64,000 nucleotides of DNA from Proteus penneri (GCF_003144535.1 NZ_PHFJ01000005.1:1-64000); one strand, 5' to 3'. Positions 20,171-33,906 are shown, numbered from the stretch's first letter. Made by a program: numbers and translations. The notes: generated from the letters alone by a model not told the origin.

Positions 20171-20956
20171 TTTCTACTCCAAGTCGGATAAAAAGCATCT
20201 AGATAGCTGATTCTCTCAATGCAGGCAAAAAACCGCAATATAAAAAATCCACCAAGGTGGCTATCGTAATTAGCTTAAAGCAATAATTCTTTGATTTGCA
20301 CGGCATTTTTTACGATCAAAGCGGAAAATAACATTACACCACCGCATTGTTGCGCAACGAAAAGCAAAAAAGACAATGATTTGCGCAATTGAGAAGCGTG
20401 CTATTAAACCTTAGCTTGATATGACTAATCAAGATAAAATTTCATTGCTGAATTATCCATCAAATCAAATAAATACTGTATTGTTTTAATTATAACCTAA
20501 TAACTGACTAAACTTGTTACAAGGACGTAGAATTATAAGAGATTAAAAAAGATAAAAAGCAGATAACCCACTGATTCAGTAATAAAAATCTTATTTACAT
20601 CATATATAACTAAAAGGGAAAGTCAGCGTAACGTAAATGTTACTTATCACCTTAGCAAAATGAGTGAGAAAATAAGTAATTAGGTTATTCCAAGAATGGT
20701 TTTTATAAATTTTATTACAATAAAGAATATATTTTTCGTATTTTGACTTTCAATAAGCCTAAAGTTTCTTTTTTCTGTGTTAATTGAATATTTTTTTCCA
20801 TTATTATTTTTGCAGAAAATAGTTTCAGAAAACAGCTTATTTAATAATACTCGAAAGTTTACAAAGCAAAAAACCCAGCATAAATGCCGGGGTTTAGTAA
20901 TGAAAGGCATCCCTCCGAATTGGATTATCATTTCATGTGGTTATAACTAACCTTGT

Positions 20957-22180
20957 TCAGATATTTTTAAAGATAGGTATTTTTCTCACTTCTTTAAGGT
21001 AGGCAGTACCTTCAGTATTGCCAGTACCTGGCGAGGCGCCCAGCATTTTTACAGCAATACCGTAATGCGACTGCCTCCATATTTTCATGCCTAATCCAAA
21101 CGACTCCATCGCTTGATGAAAATCATCTTTATACAAATTATCCTGAGGAATAAGATTAAAAACATCATCAATCGTCTCAGGGTTGCATAAAATCTCCTCG
21201 CTTACCTCCGGTACCGCTCGATAGGCTATTGAATTGAATCTTTCAGCATCAGGTCTACTACACAATGATTCAACTTTTTTATAACTGCGTGACTGGATTG
21301 CACTAGAACCTTCGGTATAGTCTCTGAACCTATGAAAGCCATCAACCCGCAACGTCGATAGCAATGGAAAAAGTGCTGCCATTTCATTCAATCGATTAGC
21401 ACTGAGAAACAAGAGTTCAGTTGCTTGTTTCAGATCCGATTTAGCAAAGGCAATAACTTCCGTTAAACAAGAGGCCAGCCAATCAAACAATGTTTCAAAA
21501 GCCTGTAATATACGTAAAAAAATGTACTCATCATGATTAATATAAACGGGTATCATTGAGTATTCTAAGCGTAATTTTTCATTATCAGATAAGCGTAAAA
21601 ACACAGCGGAACAAATTGTGTCGCAGATCGCTATCATATCCCGCTCATTATTTTCCCACTGTATATTCATTCGTTGATATACTTTTCCCATACACTTTAT
21701 CAGTCGTCGGCAACGCATATTAACAAGTCGCTGATCTGGTGCCATTTCATAGAGCCAACTGCCATTATTACGCAATGCCTCTAGCTCAAAACGGATTAAA
21801 TCCATAGTAATAATAGTCAGTTGCCAATCGATATAATCAGCACTATTTTCTGTGTAATTCTGCCAATGTAATAAATCCAGTGCTAGATAAGATCGGTAAC
21901 TATAAGTGTCATCAAATTTATCCAAGACGACGTTAAGAAAACTTAACATCCAATCACCAGCGGAATTGCGGGCTAATTCATCTCGATATACTGCCAGTTG
22001 TTGTAATTTTTGGTGGGTAACAAAATGTTTTCCAACTTTATGAAATTCAGAAAGAATTTCTCTGGCATCACATCGATGACTATTATTCAATAGACTGTCT
22101 TCGGTGGTCACTCTATAACTCTTTTCACGTTTTGAATCAGCCCCATCAAGATGCTCTTGCTCTGATATTCTATCAACCAT
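20957..22180 (-). CDS. Tryptophan 2,3-dioxygenase-like (TDO-superfamily fold) protein of unknown function, in an AT-rich islet
   Basis: 407 aa. The C-terminus WRQSHYGIAVKMLGASPGTGNTEGTAYLKEV matches the TDO motif WRxxHxxMVxRMLGxKxGTGGSSGxxYL (as recalled from human TDO2: [28 protein letters not shown]). The N-terminal region contains YRSYLALDLLHWQ, like the TDO Y-x-x-YL-x-LD-x-LL-x-Q motif. GGGAG lies 7 nt before ATG 22180. The gene is flanked by ~0.8 kb and ~1 kb of ORF-free, very AT-rich DNA. Confidence 0.5.
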   Translation of the reverse strand: MVDRISEQEHLDGADSKREKSYRVTTEDSLLNNSHRCDAREILSEFHKVGKHFVTHQKLQQLAVYRDELARNSAGDWMLSFLNVVLDKFDDTYSYRSYLALDLLHWQNYTENSADYIDWQLTIITMDLIRFELEALRNNGSWLYEMAPDQRLVNMRCRRLIKCMGKVYQRMNIQWENNERDMIAICDTICSAVFLRLSDNEKLRLEYSMIPVYINHDEYIFLRILQAFETLFDWLASCLTEVIAFAKSDLKQATELLFLSANRLNEMAALFPLLSTLRVDGFHRFRDYTEGSSAIQSRSYKKVESLCSRPDAERFNSIAYRAVPEVSEEILCNPETIDDVFNLIPQDNLYKDDFHQAMESFGLGMKIWRQSHYGIAVKMLGASPGTGNTEGTAYLKEVRKIPIFKNI

Positions 22181-23183
22181 AGTTAGCTCCCGGCTCTTTG
22201 TTTCGATAAATCAGTAACTGTCCACAAAAAAATCTACGTCGGCTTGCTGTATAAAATAATGGATGGCGATCCTTAACACCTTATTACGCAAATTCCTCTT
22301 TGTTGCATAAATGTCAGGATTTCAAGTTGCTGGGCGAGTAGTTTTATATATTCCATCCCGCGCTTCACTAATACTGTTGCCTTCGCTACATGCCCAGCAC
22401 TCAATTCACTTGCTGCTTCAGCTAACTCTTCATTTTGTTGAAGATTCAACCATCGCTATGTGGATTGATGTATAACCTGAAAGAAAAATTCATTAGAAAT
22501 ATGAATGTATTTATACAATATAACAGTCATTAAAACCAACAATAATTTAACGTTGAACCAACAACCCTAACTGTAAAAAGACATATTTACTGGAATTACA
22601 TAAACAAAATCAATCAAGTTAAAAGAAAAATAATTTTATTATATAGGTTGAAAATCCTTTAAATTAATCCGCAAAAGAGTAATTAAAGCTAATTAAAAGT
22701 GATAATTTGCATTATTATAGTCTTTTAGTTCACTTTGTTATTATGATTTATTTTATTATTCTAATTGCTTTAATTATTTTAACGGTAATTTTTCGAAGGG
22801 TAACAATTAAAGATACCCCGTCATCAATCACAAGTCCGAGAAGCATATACATAAAATATATTTATATTTTTAATTGAGGCAATGTTAAAATCTGTTTTAT
22901 TGGTTTCCAGTAATTATTTATATATTCAATTAAACGGCTATTCGGGTCTAATAAACAGGGTGTTACTGGCTAGCTGGGGCTAGTTTGGATATCAACGGGG
23001 ATCAGTACTGGAGTTGCCCGCTTAATGGTAGGAGAAAGCCTTGTGTTCTTATGTTTAGCCCAAAGAGTTCAATGTATATGAACACACATTACAGCGTGAT
23101 TTACGTGAACATTTGGCTTATTTACGGGTAGAAGGTCGGAAAAGTGGCATACTGCAGGTATGGCATAATGATAAAACCTCAAT

Positions 23184-23217
23184 AGCAAAAACGCCATGCT
23201 AATAAATAGCATGGCGT
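23184..23217 (-). terminator. Rho-independent terminator downstream of tRNA-Asp
   Basis: acgccatgct-aataaat-agcatggcgt is a perfect 10-bp stem. A T-run follows on the minus strand (plus-strand caaaaa at 23185-23190). Confidence 0.6.
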
Positions 23218-23224
23218 CATAATT

Positions 23225-23301
23225 TGGCGGAACGGACGGGACTCGAACCCGCGCCCCCCTGCGTGACAGGCAGGTATTCTAACCAACTGAACTACCGCTC
23301 C
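23225..23301 (-). tRNA. aspV: tRNA-Asp (anticodon GUC)
   Basis: The reverse complement GGAGCGGTAGTTCAGTTGGTTAGAATACCTGCCTGTCACGCAGGGGGCGCGGGTTCGAGTCCCGTCCGTTCCGCCA matches E. coli tRNA-Asp at all but 2-3 positions, with a 77-nt cloverleaf. It lies downstream of dnaQ, as aspV does in E. coli. Confidence 0.93.
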
Positions 23302-23424
23302 GCGTATCCTTTTGGACGAGGTGAATATTACGAATCTCTTGCCTTGTCGTCAACTGTTTTTCTAACAAAAAGATGCATTTGGATAGTTTTTAATCTCAGT
23401 TAACCATTTCTGCATTTTTTATCT

Positions 23425-24177
23425 TCAAACAGCCTCATCATTTGATGCTGGACGCCACAAACAATGCCCACCTTTTTTCTCAACTAAATCTAATCGAGAC
23501 TCATGCTCAGCAAGTTCTTCTGCGGTTGCTCTTATTACTCTTAATCCTGAAACAGGGCGCTCGATACGCTGGATATCATTTTGCTCTTGCTCGTTATTTG
23601 ATTCACCTTCCATTGAAAATGCTAATGCTGTTTGTCCACCGGTCATTGCCAAATAGACATCAGAAAGTATTTCAGCATCCAATAACGCGCCGTGAAGAGT
23701 ACGTTTAGAGTTATCTATTAAGTATCTATCACATAAGGCATCAAGGTTATTTCGCTTACCGGGAAATAATGCTCTTGCCATTGCAAGGCTATCGGTAATT
23801 TGGCAGAACGTTTCAGTAGGCGGAATATCACGGTTAAGTTTTCTAAACTCATAATCCATAAAGCCAATATCGAACGATGCGTTATGAATGATCAGCTCTG
23901 CGCCACGAATATACTCTAAAAACTCGTCAGCGATATCAGCAAAAGAAGGACAATCTTCTAAAAACTCATCACTAATACCATGAACTTCAAACGCTTCAGG
24001 ATCAACTAATCTTTCGGGCTTAATATAAACATGGAAATTTCGCCCTGTTAATCGACGATTGATAACCTCTACAGCACCAATTTCAATGATATTATGACCT
24101 TCATAATGAACGCCCAGCTTATTCATACCAGTAGTTTCGGTATCAAGTACAATTTGTCGTGTGATTGGAGTGCTCAT
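23425..24177 (-). CDS. dnaQ: DNA polymerase III epsilon subunit (3'-5' proofreading exonuclease)
   Basis: 250 aa. …RQIVLDTETTGMN…HNASFDIGFMDYEF… matches DnaQ. It is divergent from rnhA, as in E. coli. Confidence 0.92.
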   Translation of the reverse strand: MSTPITRQIVLDTETTGMNKLGVHYEGHNIIEIGAVEVINRRLTGRNFHVYIKPERLVDPEAFEVHGISDEFLEDCPSFADIADEFLEYIRGAELIIHNASFDIGFMDYEFRKLNRDIPPTETFCQITDSLAMARALFPGKRNNLDALCDRYLIDNSKRTLHGALLDAEILSDVYLAMTGGQTALAFSMEGESNNEQEQNDIQRIERPVSGLRVIRATAEELAEHESRLDLVEKKGGHCLWRPASNDEAV

Positions 24178-24242
24178 AATCCGTTTTTATGTCAGACTTA
24201 GGGTTAGTTTTTCGTATTAATCAAAAAGGATAAGTCGCCTTT

Positions 24243-24728
24243 ATGCACAAGCAGGTAGAAATATTCACCGATGGTTCATGCTTAGGCAACCCTGGCCCTG
24301 GTGGTTATGGCGCTATTTTACGCTATCAACAACATGAAAAAACCCTAAGTGAAGGTTTTTTTATGACCACCAATAACCGAATGGAACTTCTTGCCGCTAT
24401 CGTAGCATTAGAAACATTAAAATTCCCTTGTAAAATCACACTGACAACAGATAGCCAATATGTCAGACAGGGTATTACACAGTGGATCCATAGCTGGAAA
24501 AAGCGCCAGTGGCGTAAAGCAGACAAAAGCCCTGTGCTTAATGTCGATTTATGGAAACGCTTAGATAGTGCTATTACTCGTCATGAAATTGAATGGCATT
24601 GGGTAAAAGGCCATGCAGGTCATGATGAAAATGAACGTTGTGATGAATTAGCAAGAACGGCGGCTCAATCACCTACACAAGAAGACACAGGTTATATCGA
24701 AAGCCAAAAAGATAAAACCACAGATTAG
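24243..24728 (+). CDS. rnhA: Ribonuclease HI
   Basis: [28 protein letters not shown]…[20 protein letters not shown]…. Confidence 0.93.
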   Translation: MHKQVEIFTDGSCLGNPGPGGYGAILRYQQHEKTLSEGFFMTTNNRMELLAAIVALETLKFPCKITLTTDSQYVRQGITQWIHSWKKRQWRKADKSPVLNVDLWKRLDSAITRHEIEWHWVKGHAGHDENERCDELARTAAQSPTQEDTGYIESQKDKTTD

Positions 24729-24734
24729 TAAGCA

Positions 24735-25451
24735 TTATGGCTCTGGATGATTACGTGTAGCGCCTAAAACTCGACCTTTTACACTCATGCGTGGCAATAC
24801 AAATTTCAAGGCTGTGGGTGTTAAAGGAAGCGTTCTTTTACGTGCAATGATTAGATTTAAACAGCCACCGATGTGATAGCGGCTGCCATCACATTTTATT
24901 GGTCTTGAAAATGGCATAATCTGGAAATTCTGTTGTGTCATCACTTCGTAATTTAGCACACTTAGCCAATCAATTTGGCGTCGAAGTGAAAACATACGAC
25001 TTGAATAAGGCTGCCTTTGTCGTAAAAAAGGCGTGCATTTACCCAATCCTAATAAACTCATAGGGTTAAAGCTCGTTAATACTATCCAGCCATCATCAAT
25101 TAAAACGCGATCTGCTTCTCGTAATAGCCAATGGGGATCTGCACTATAATCAAGCACATGCGCCATAAGACAAACATCAATCGATTTATTTTCAAAGGGT
25201 AAATAATCTAAAGAGGCGATAACATCTGCATTTATTTTATTAGATGTCACATTGACTTGATGTGAAACGATACTTAATTTGGTATCCAGTTCAGCACTGA
25301 GTTGACCGAGTTTTAATAAATGAAAGCCATACATTTTTGGCCACCAATTTTGTAAACGCAGTTCGATAGCCATGCGATAATATTCCCCCCATGGAATATC
25401 GCGCCAAGAATCTGGCATCATAATTGGTTTTGCTGAACGCGCTGCTTTCAT
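24735..25451 (-). CDS. Class I SAM-dependent methyltransferase, YafS-like
   Basis: 238 aa. Its position between rnhA and gloB matches E. coli yafS. It carries a methyltransferase-like core (…DVCLMAHVLDYSADPHWLLREADRVLIDDGWIVLTSFNP…). Confidence 0.65.
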   Translation of the reverse strand: MKAARSAKPIMMPDSWRDIPWGEYYRMAIELRLQNWWPKMYGFHLLKLGQLSAELDTKLSIVSHQVNVTSNKINADVIASLDYLPFENKSIDVCLMAHVLDYSADPHWLLREADRVLIDDGWIVLTSFNPMSLLGLGKCTPFLRQRQPYSSRMFSLRRQIDWLSVLNYEVMTQQNFQIMPFSRPIKCDGSRYHIGGCLNLIIARKRTLPLTPTALKFVLPRMSVKGRVLGATRNHPEP

Positions 25452-25489
25452 CGTTTAACCCTTTATATTTTATAAGTAAGGTAACTTAT

Positions 25490-26245
25490 ATGGAGCTTAT
25501 CAGAATTCCTGCTTTATCCGATAACTACATTTGGCTATTAAGTAATGAAAATAGTGAATGTGTGATTGTGGATCCGTCACAAGCCAAGCCTGTTATTGAA
25601 ATGCTTTCACAACGCTCGCTAACACCTATCGCGATTTTATTAACCCACCATCATGATGATCATGTTGGTGGCGTTACTGAACTTGTAAAAAAATATCCTA
25701 ACATTGACGTTTTTGGCCCACAAGAAACACAAAGTAAAGGGGCTGAAAATATTATTCATAATCAAGAGCGCATCATTGTTGGCACTTTCACTTTTAATGT
25801 GATTGGCACACCAGGCCATACATTAGGTCATGTTGCGTATTATTGTGAACCCTATTTATTTTGTGGCGATACACTTTTTTCTGGTGGTTGTGGTCGTTTA
25901 TTCGAAGGTACCGCACAACAAATGTTTAGTTCATTACAAAGATTGAGCGCTTTACCTGATGACACATTAATTTGTTGTGCTCATGAATACACCCTATCAA
26001 ATATGACCTTTGCACATCATATCATGCCAGAAAATGCACTTATTACCGATTATTTAGCCCAAGTTAGTGAAATGCGTAAAAATTTGCAACCTACTGTGCC
26101 AATAACACTGAAAAACGAAAAGAATATTAATCTTTTTTTGAAATCTGACGATATTGATTTGCAAAGGATTTTAGGTATAACCACTAATACATATGCTCCA
26201 ATTAAGACATTTACAAAATTAAGAGAATTAAAAGACAACTTTTGA
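25490..26245 (+). CDS. gloB: Hydroxyacylglutathione hydrolase (glyoxalase II)
   Basis: MELIRIPALSDNYIWLL…THHHDDHVGG… Start at ATG 25490 with AAGG upstream. The ORF-track start at 25424 is rejected. Confidence 0.88.
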   Translation: MELIRIPALSDNYIWLLSNENSECVIVDPSQAKPVIEMLSQRSLTPIAILLTHHHDDHVGGVTELVKKYPNIDVFGPQETQSKGAENIIHNQERIIVGTFTFNVIGTPGHTLGHVAYYCEPYLFCGDTLFSGGCGRLFEGTAQQMFSSLQRLSALPDDTLICCAHEYTLSNMTFAHHIMPENALITDYLAQVSEMRKNLQPTVPITLKNEKNINLFLKSDDIDLQRILGITTNTYAPIKTFTKLRELKDNF

Positions 26246-26320
26246 TTTCTATTGATTGTTTTATTTTGGCACACTAAGTATCATTTGGTTCAAAAAACAC
26301 ACAGGATGAATTTTTATATT

Positions 26321-27655
26321 ATGAAGACAAAAGCGATTTTGTTCTCCATATTGCTATTGGCGGGCTGCCAGCAATCTGAGAATATTAAACCTAATTTGTC
26401 TGCGATCACACCAACATCAACGAAAGGGACTTCAACTTCTCAACAACCTCAATATGATGTCAAAACCAATTTATGGGGTTATGTGATAAGTGAATTAAAA
26501 ATGGATCTCCCTGAAAATGAAAGGATCTCGCAGCAAGAATTATATTTTTTAAATAATCCCAAACATATACAAAACGTTGCTTCTCGTGCTGAACCTTATA
26601 TGTATTCGATTATTGATGAAATTGAAAAACGTGAATTACCGATGGAACTAGCTTTAGTTCCTGTGGTTGAAAGTGCGTTTAATCCCCATGTTACCTCTTC
26701 TGCAAATGCTGCTGGTTTATGGCAATTTGTTCCAATAACTGGTAATTACTATGGTTTAGCACAAAACCAATGGTATGACGGTCGTCGTGATGTCATGGCA
26801 TCAACCAAAGCCGCACTTGATTTACTTGAACGCTTGTATGTAATGTTTGATAGTGATTGGGCACTTGCCCTTGCTGCTTATAACGCTGGTGAAGGCCGTG
26901 TTATGCAAGCAATAAAGGCAAATGAAAGTAAAAACCTACCCACAGACTATTGGTCACTCTCTTTACCTAAAGAAACAATGAATTATGTACCTAAAATTCT
27001 CGCTTTAAGTAAAGTTATCCGTGAAAACGAAGAAAACATTACTTTTCCTAAAAGTAACTATCGTGATAAAGCATTAGCTTCCATTGATGTCGGTGAACAA
27101 ATCACATTAAATAAAGTTGCTGAATTAAGTCAGCTACCTATTAATACTGTGAAAGATTATAACCCAGGCTATAAACGTGGCATAACCGCACCTAATGGCC
27201 CTCATGTGATTATGTTGCCTCGCAATAAGCTTGATCAATTCCGTAACGCTTTTGAAGATGAAGCGGTATTAGAGACTATTCGTTTAGCTGTCGCCAAAAC
27301 AAATCAGTCTATTAAGCAAGAAGGTGTTTATAAAGTTCGCTCTGGGGATTCATTTTACGCTATTGCTCGTCGCTACAATATGAGCATAAAAGACTTACAA
27401 CGTATTAATGGATTAAATGCAAAAAGCACCCTATTAGTAGGACAAACATTAAAAATTCATAATGCGGGTAGTGCCAGTAATACCACGGTAACAAAACCGA
27501 CAAAACCGTCTCCGAGTTATTACAAAGTTCGACAGGGAGATTCTTATTACAGCATCGCTCGTCGTCACGGTATTAACCTTAAATTATTAATGAGTTGGAA
27601 CTCAGACATTAAAATGTTAAAACCGGGTACACAACTTACACTTTACACAAAATAA
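26321..27655 (+). CDS. mltD: Membrane-bound lytic murein transglycosylase D (lipoprotein with two C-terminal LysM domains)
   Basis: Lipoprotein signal MKTKAILFSILLLAGC, an SLT catalytic domain, and two LysM repeats (YKVRSGDSFYAIARRYNMSIKDLQRING… and YYKVRQGDSYYSIARRHGINLKLLMSWN…). Terminator at ~27681-27735. Confidence 0.85.
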   Translation: MKTKAILFSILLLAGCQQSENIKPNLSAITPTSTKGTSTSQQPQYDVKTNLWGYVISELKMDLPENERISQQELYFLNNPKHIQNVASRAEPYMYSIIDEIEKRELPMELALVPVVESAFNPHVTSSANAAGLWQFVPITGNYYGLAQNQWYDGRRDVMASTKAALDLLERLYVMFDSDWALALAAYNAGEGRVMQAIKANESKNLPTDYWSLSLPKETMNYVPKILALSKVIRENEENITFPKSNYRDKALASIDVGEQITLNKVAELSQLPINTVKDYNPGYKRGITAPNGPHVIMLPRNKLDQFRNAFEDEAVLETIRLAVAKTNQSIKQEGVYKVRSGDSFYAIARRYNMSIKDLQRINGLNAKSTLLVGQTLKIHNAGSASNTTVTKPTKPSPSYYKVRQGDSYYSIARRHGINLKLLMSWNSDIKMLKPGTQLTLYTK

Positions 27656-27889
27656 TTAAGTTATTTTCTATTTTAAATAGCCATCAATGTTATGACATTT
27701 TTAGTCTTAATATTGATGGTTTTTTATAACCCATAAAAGTCATATCACCTCTTCTTTTTCTAGAGCGATCCTTATAATAACTAGGATGCCAATCCAAATA
27801 ACAGATAAGAACAAGGCAATAAAAAAGCGCCCGATATCACTATCAAGCGCTCTATTTTTATCTCATCAAGATTAATTTAACGTATTCAC

Positions 27890-29272
27890 TTATAACCAGA
27901 AGAACCAAGCAAACAGAGAGATAACTAAGATACACACTAAGTTCAGCACACCACCGACACGTACCATCTCAGTTTGTTTAATATAACCAGAACCAAAGAC
28001 AATCGCATTTGGTGGGGTTGCAACAGGTAACATGAACGCACAAGATGCACCAATACCAATAATCATTGTCAACGCCATTACTGGCATACCTAACGCTTGT
28101 GCAACGGTTGCAAAGATAGGTACTAATAACGCAGCACTTGCTGTATTGCTGGTGAACTCTGTTAATACGATGATAAAGGTCGTTACTGCAAGGATGATCA
28201 CAAACCAATGGCTATTACCAAAGGTATCTTTCATAAAGTCAGCCATAACCAAGCTTGCACCAGATGATTGTAAAATTGCGCTCAGTGTTAAACCACCACC
28301 AAACAGCATTAATACCCCCCACTCAGTGTTCTCTTGAATTTGGCTCCAACTTGCTACACCTGTTACACCGATTACAATTGCTGCACCAACCGCAATAACT
28401 GTATCTAAATCTTTTACACCACCAAAAGCACTGCTGATGAAAGAGCTAAAGATCCAGCAAAATACGGTAACTAAGAAGATAATCATGGTGATAACACGTT
28501 TGTTATTCCACTCTAACACTTCTAATTTCAGATCAAACTTATGTTTCAAGTTAGGACGCAGCATTAGGTACATTACAATAAACATGATAGGCAATAATAC
28601 CAACATGATTGGAACACCATACTTCATCCACGTAATGAAATCTAAGTTCAGTTGAGCCGCAGCAATCGCATTCGGAGGGCTACCAACTAACGTACCTAAA
28701 CCACCAATACTGGCACTATAAGCAACACCTAGTAATACGAAGACGAAAGTATTACGTTCTGAACGAATATCTAAGTTAGATAAAATACCTAATACTAAAG
28801 GCAGCATCATCGCAGCTGTTGCTGTGTTACTGATCCACATTGAAAGTAATGCAGTAACACCAAATAACAGCAATACAGCGATTGACAGTTTACCTTTTGC
28901 AATCATCAGCAAGCGGTTAGCAATTAAGCGATCAAGCCCTTGAATATGAAGTGCTGTCGCTAATGCAAAGCCACCGAAGAATAAGAAAATGATAGGATTT
29001 GCAAATGATTTTAATGACTCATTGGTATTCATTAGCCCAAGCACAACGGCTAAAATAGGTATAAATAATGCTGTTATCGTCACGTGAATAGCTTCTGTCA
29101 GCCATAACACACCCACAAACACCATTAATGCTAAACCTGCATTGGCCTTCGGATCACAAGGTAAAAATTCTAGCAAAAGTAGTAATAACACCACATCAAT
29201 AGCCAGAATAATTAACCCTCGTTTGTTTATCGGACTAGACTTCGCCGATGGGGCTAAATTGGATGCGTCCAT
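27890..29272 (-). CDS. DASS-family (SLC13-like) divalent-anion:Na+ symporter
   Basis: It carries two SNT(A/S) signature motifs (WISNTATAAMMLP and FTSNTASAALLVP) and ~12 TM segments. Preferred start is MDASNL… at 29272, which has GGAG 8 nt upstream. The ORF-track start at 29287 has no Shine-Dalgarno sequence. Terminator at ~27815-27852. Confidence 0.7.
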   Translation of the reverse strand: MDASNLAPSAKSSPINKRGLIILAIDVVLLLLLLEFLPCDPKANAGLALMVFVGVLWLTEAIHVTITALFIPILAVVLGLMNTNESLKSFANPIIFLFFGGFALATALHIQGLDRLIANRLLMIAKGKLSIAVLLLFGVTALLSMWISNTATAAMMLPLVLGILSNLDIRSERNTFVFVLLGVAYSASIGGLGTLVGSPPNAIAAAQLNLDFITWMKYGVPIMLVLLPIMFIVMYLMLRPNLKHKFDLKLEVLEWNNKRVITMIIFLVTVFCWIFSSFISSAFGGVKDLDTVIAVGAAIVIGVTGVASWSQIQENTEWGVLMLFGGGLTLSAILQSSGASLVMADFMKDTFGNSHWFVIILAVTTFIIVLTEFTSNTASAALLVPIFATVAQALGMPVMALTMIIGIGASCAFMLPVATPPNAIVFGSGYIKQTEMVRVGGVLNLVCILVISLFAWFFWL

Positions 29273-29593
29273 GATAATACTCCACATTAGCTGATATGAA
29301 CATTGGATTCACTAAGCTTAAATTGTTAACGAAATAGGTTATATGTGAAATATAAAAACATTTCTCGTCCTTGAAAATGCGCAAAACTAATAATTGGGAT
29401 CTCATCCACGAGAATTAACCAATTTATTAATAAAAGAGTAATAATTGAACACTATTTCCTCTTACACATCACACTTTTTTCAAAACGGTTAAAAATAAAT
29501 ATGCTATTTTTTCGGTAAAAAAATAAAAAAAAGAGGAGAACTCAATGTTTTCCCCTTTCAGATTAATAAATTTTTTTAATCAAAGGTGCCAGA

Positions 29594-32610
<3,017 letters not shown>

Positions 32611-33105
32611 TTAGGTGTATTAGGATGATGGATATAACTGGACGGGAACACAGTATACCCGAACCTTATTTTCGCTACAAACATTCTTAGTAGTATAAAG
32701 TTCTTTTTCATCACGCCACTTATCCGTTTAAACACGAAAAAACAGTAAAAATTCAATTAACTAAACCCGTGAAAATATTTCACAAGCATTTTAGCTTAAT
32801 CCTTTCAGCTAAGCTATCACTTTTAGAGAAGAGATGCTTTATTTTTTCACAATATTAAGTGTAGCAGGTTTATAGCGAGATCTTTTGCTTATGATCATAC
32901 GTTTAATTTTTTTGAGATTAATCACACTTCTAATGTAATAGAATGCAAATGCAAAATTTTAAATCACCCAAAAACAAAAAAACGAAATTACATTTTATAA
33001 TTTTGATTTTTAAATATTTTTATAAAAATAGCTGAAAAAACGAGATGTTACAGACTATTTTTATCGCACTTTATGTCACGTTGGTGTTAATTTGCGTGTC
33101 ACAAT

Positions 33106-33906
33106 TCACTCAACCGGTTGTCCTTTTGCTTTCTGCCAACAGATCTCCATCTCTTCCAATGAGGCATTTTCTATGCCAGTGCCTTTTTCTGAGAGCATTT
33201 TTTCAACAAAACGAAAGCGCTGTTCAAATTTTCGGCATGCTCGATTTAATGCTTGCTCGGGTTTTTGTTTTAAATGACGTGATAAATTCACCACAGAAAA
33301 CAATAAATCACCTAACTCATCTTCAATTCGAGAGGCATCTTGAGGCTCTTTTTTCACCTCAGCTATCACTTCATCAATTTCTTCATAAACTTTACCCAAG
33401 ACAGGCTCTAGTTCATTCCAATCGAACCCCACTGAAGCACAACGCTTTTGAATTTTTTCTGCTTTCATTAAGGCTGGTAAAGTAGCGGGAATATCATCTA
33501 ATAATGAAAATTGTGCTTTTGCCTCACGCTCTTGAGCTTTAAGTTTTTCCCAACGATGTTTTTCTGTTGATAAATTGTTTTCGCTTTCAGAAGCAAAAAT
33601 ATGAGGGTGACGGCGTTCTAGCTTATTACTAATAGCTTCACAAACATCATTAAAATCAAATAACTTTTGCTCTTGCGCCATGCGTGAATAAAACACAACT
33701 TGATAAAGCAAATCGCCCAGCTCTTCTTTTAAATCAGCAAAATCTTTGCGTGTAATGGCATCTAATACTTCATAGGTTTCTTCTAATGTATAAGGTGCGA
33801 TAGTGTCAAAAGTCTGCACTTTATCCCATTCGCACCCTGTTTCAGGATCACGTAGCTGTACCATAATTTCTAATAAACGAAAGATTTCACGATTTTCTGA
33901 CATCAT
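33106..33906 (-). CDS. mazG: Nucleoside triphosphate pyrophosphohydrolase MazG
   Basis: MMSENREIFRLLEIMVQLRDPETGCEWDKVQTFDTIAPYTLEETYEVLDAI… matches E. coli MazG. Start at 33906 with AAAGG upstream. The ORF-track start at 33987 would overlap the repeat/terminator. Confidence 0.88.
   Translation of the reverse strand: MMSENREIFRLLEIMVQLRDPETGCEWDKVQTFDTIAPYTLEETYEVLDAITRKDFADLKEELGDLLYQVVFYSRMAQEQKLFDFNDVCEAISNKLERRHPHIFASESENNLSTEKHRWEKLKAQEREAKAQFSLLDDIPATLPALMKAEKIQKRCASVGFDWNELEPVLGKVYEEIDEVIAEVKKEPQDASRIEDELGDLLFSVVNLSRHLKQKPEQALNRACRKFEQRFRFVEKMLSEKGTGIENASLEEMEICWQKAKGQPVE

Noticed and set aside
20680-20931. 83-aa minus-strand ORF
   Set aside because: Lys/Asn/Phe/Ile-rich translation of AT-rich intergenic DNA with no ribosome-binding site. 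Likely spurious.
33045-33485. 146-aa plus-strand ORF, and the 61-aa ORF at 33092-33277
   Set aside because: Antisense to the well-supported mazG coding sequence. No homology.
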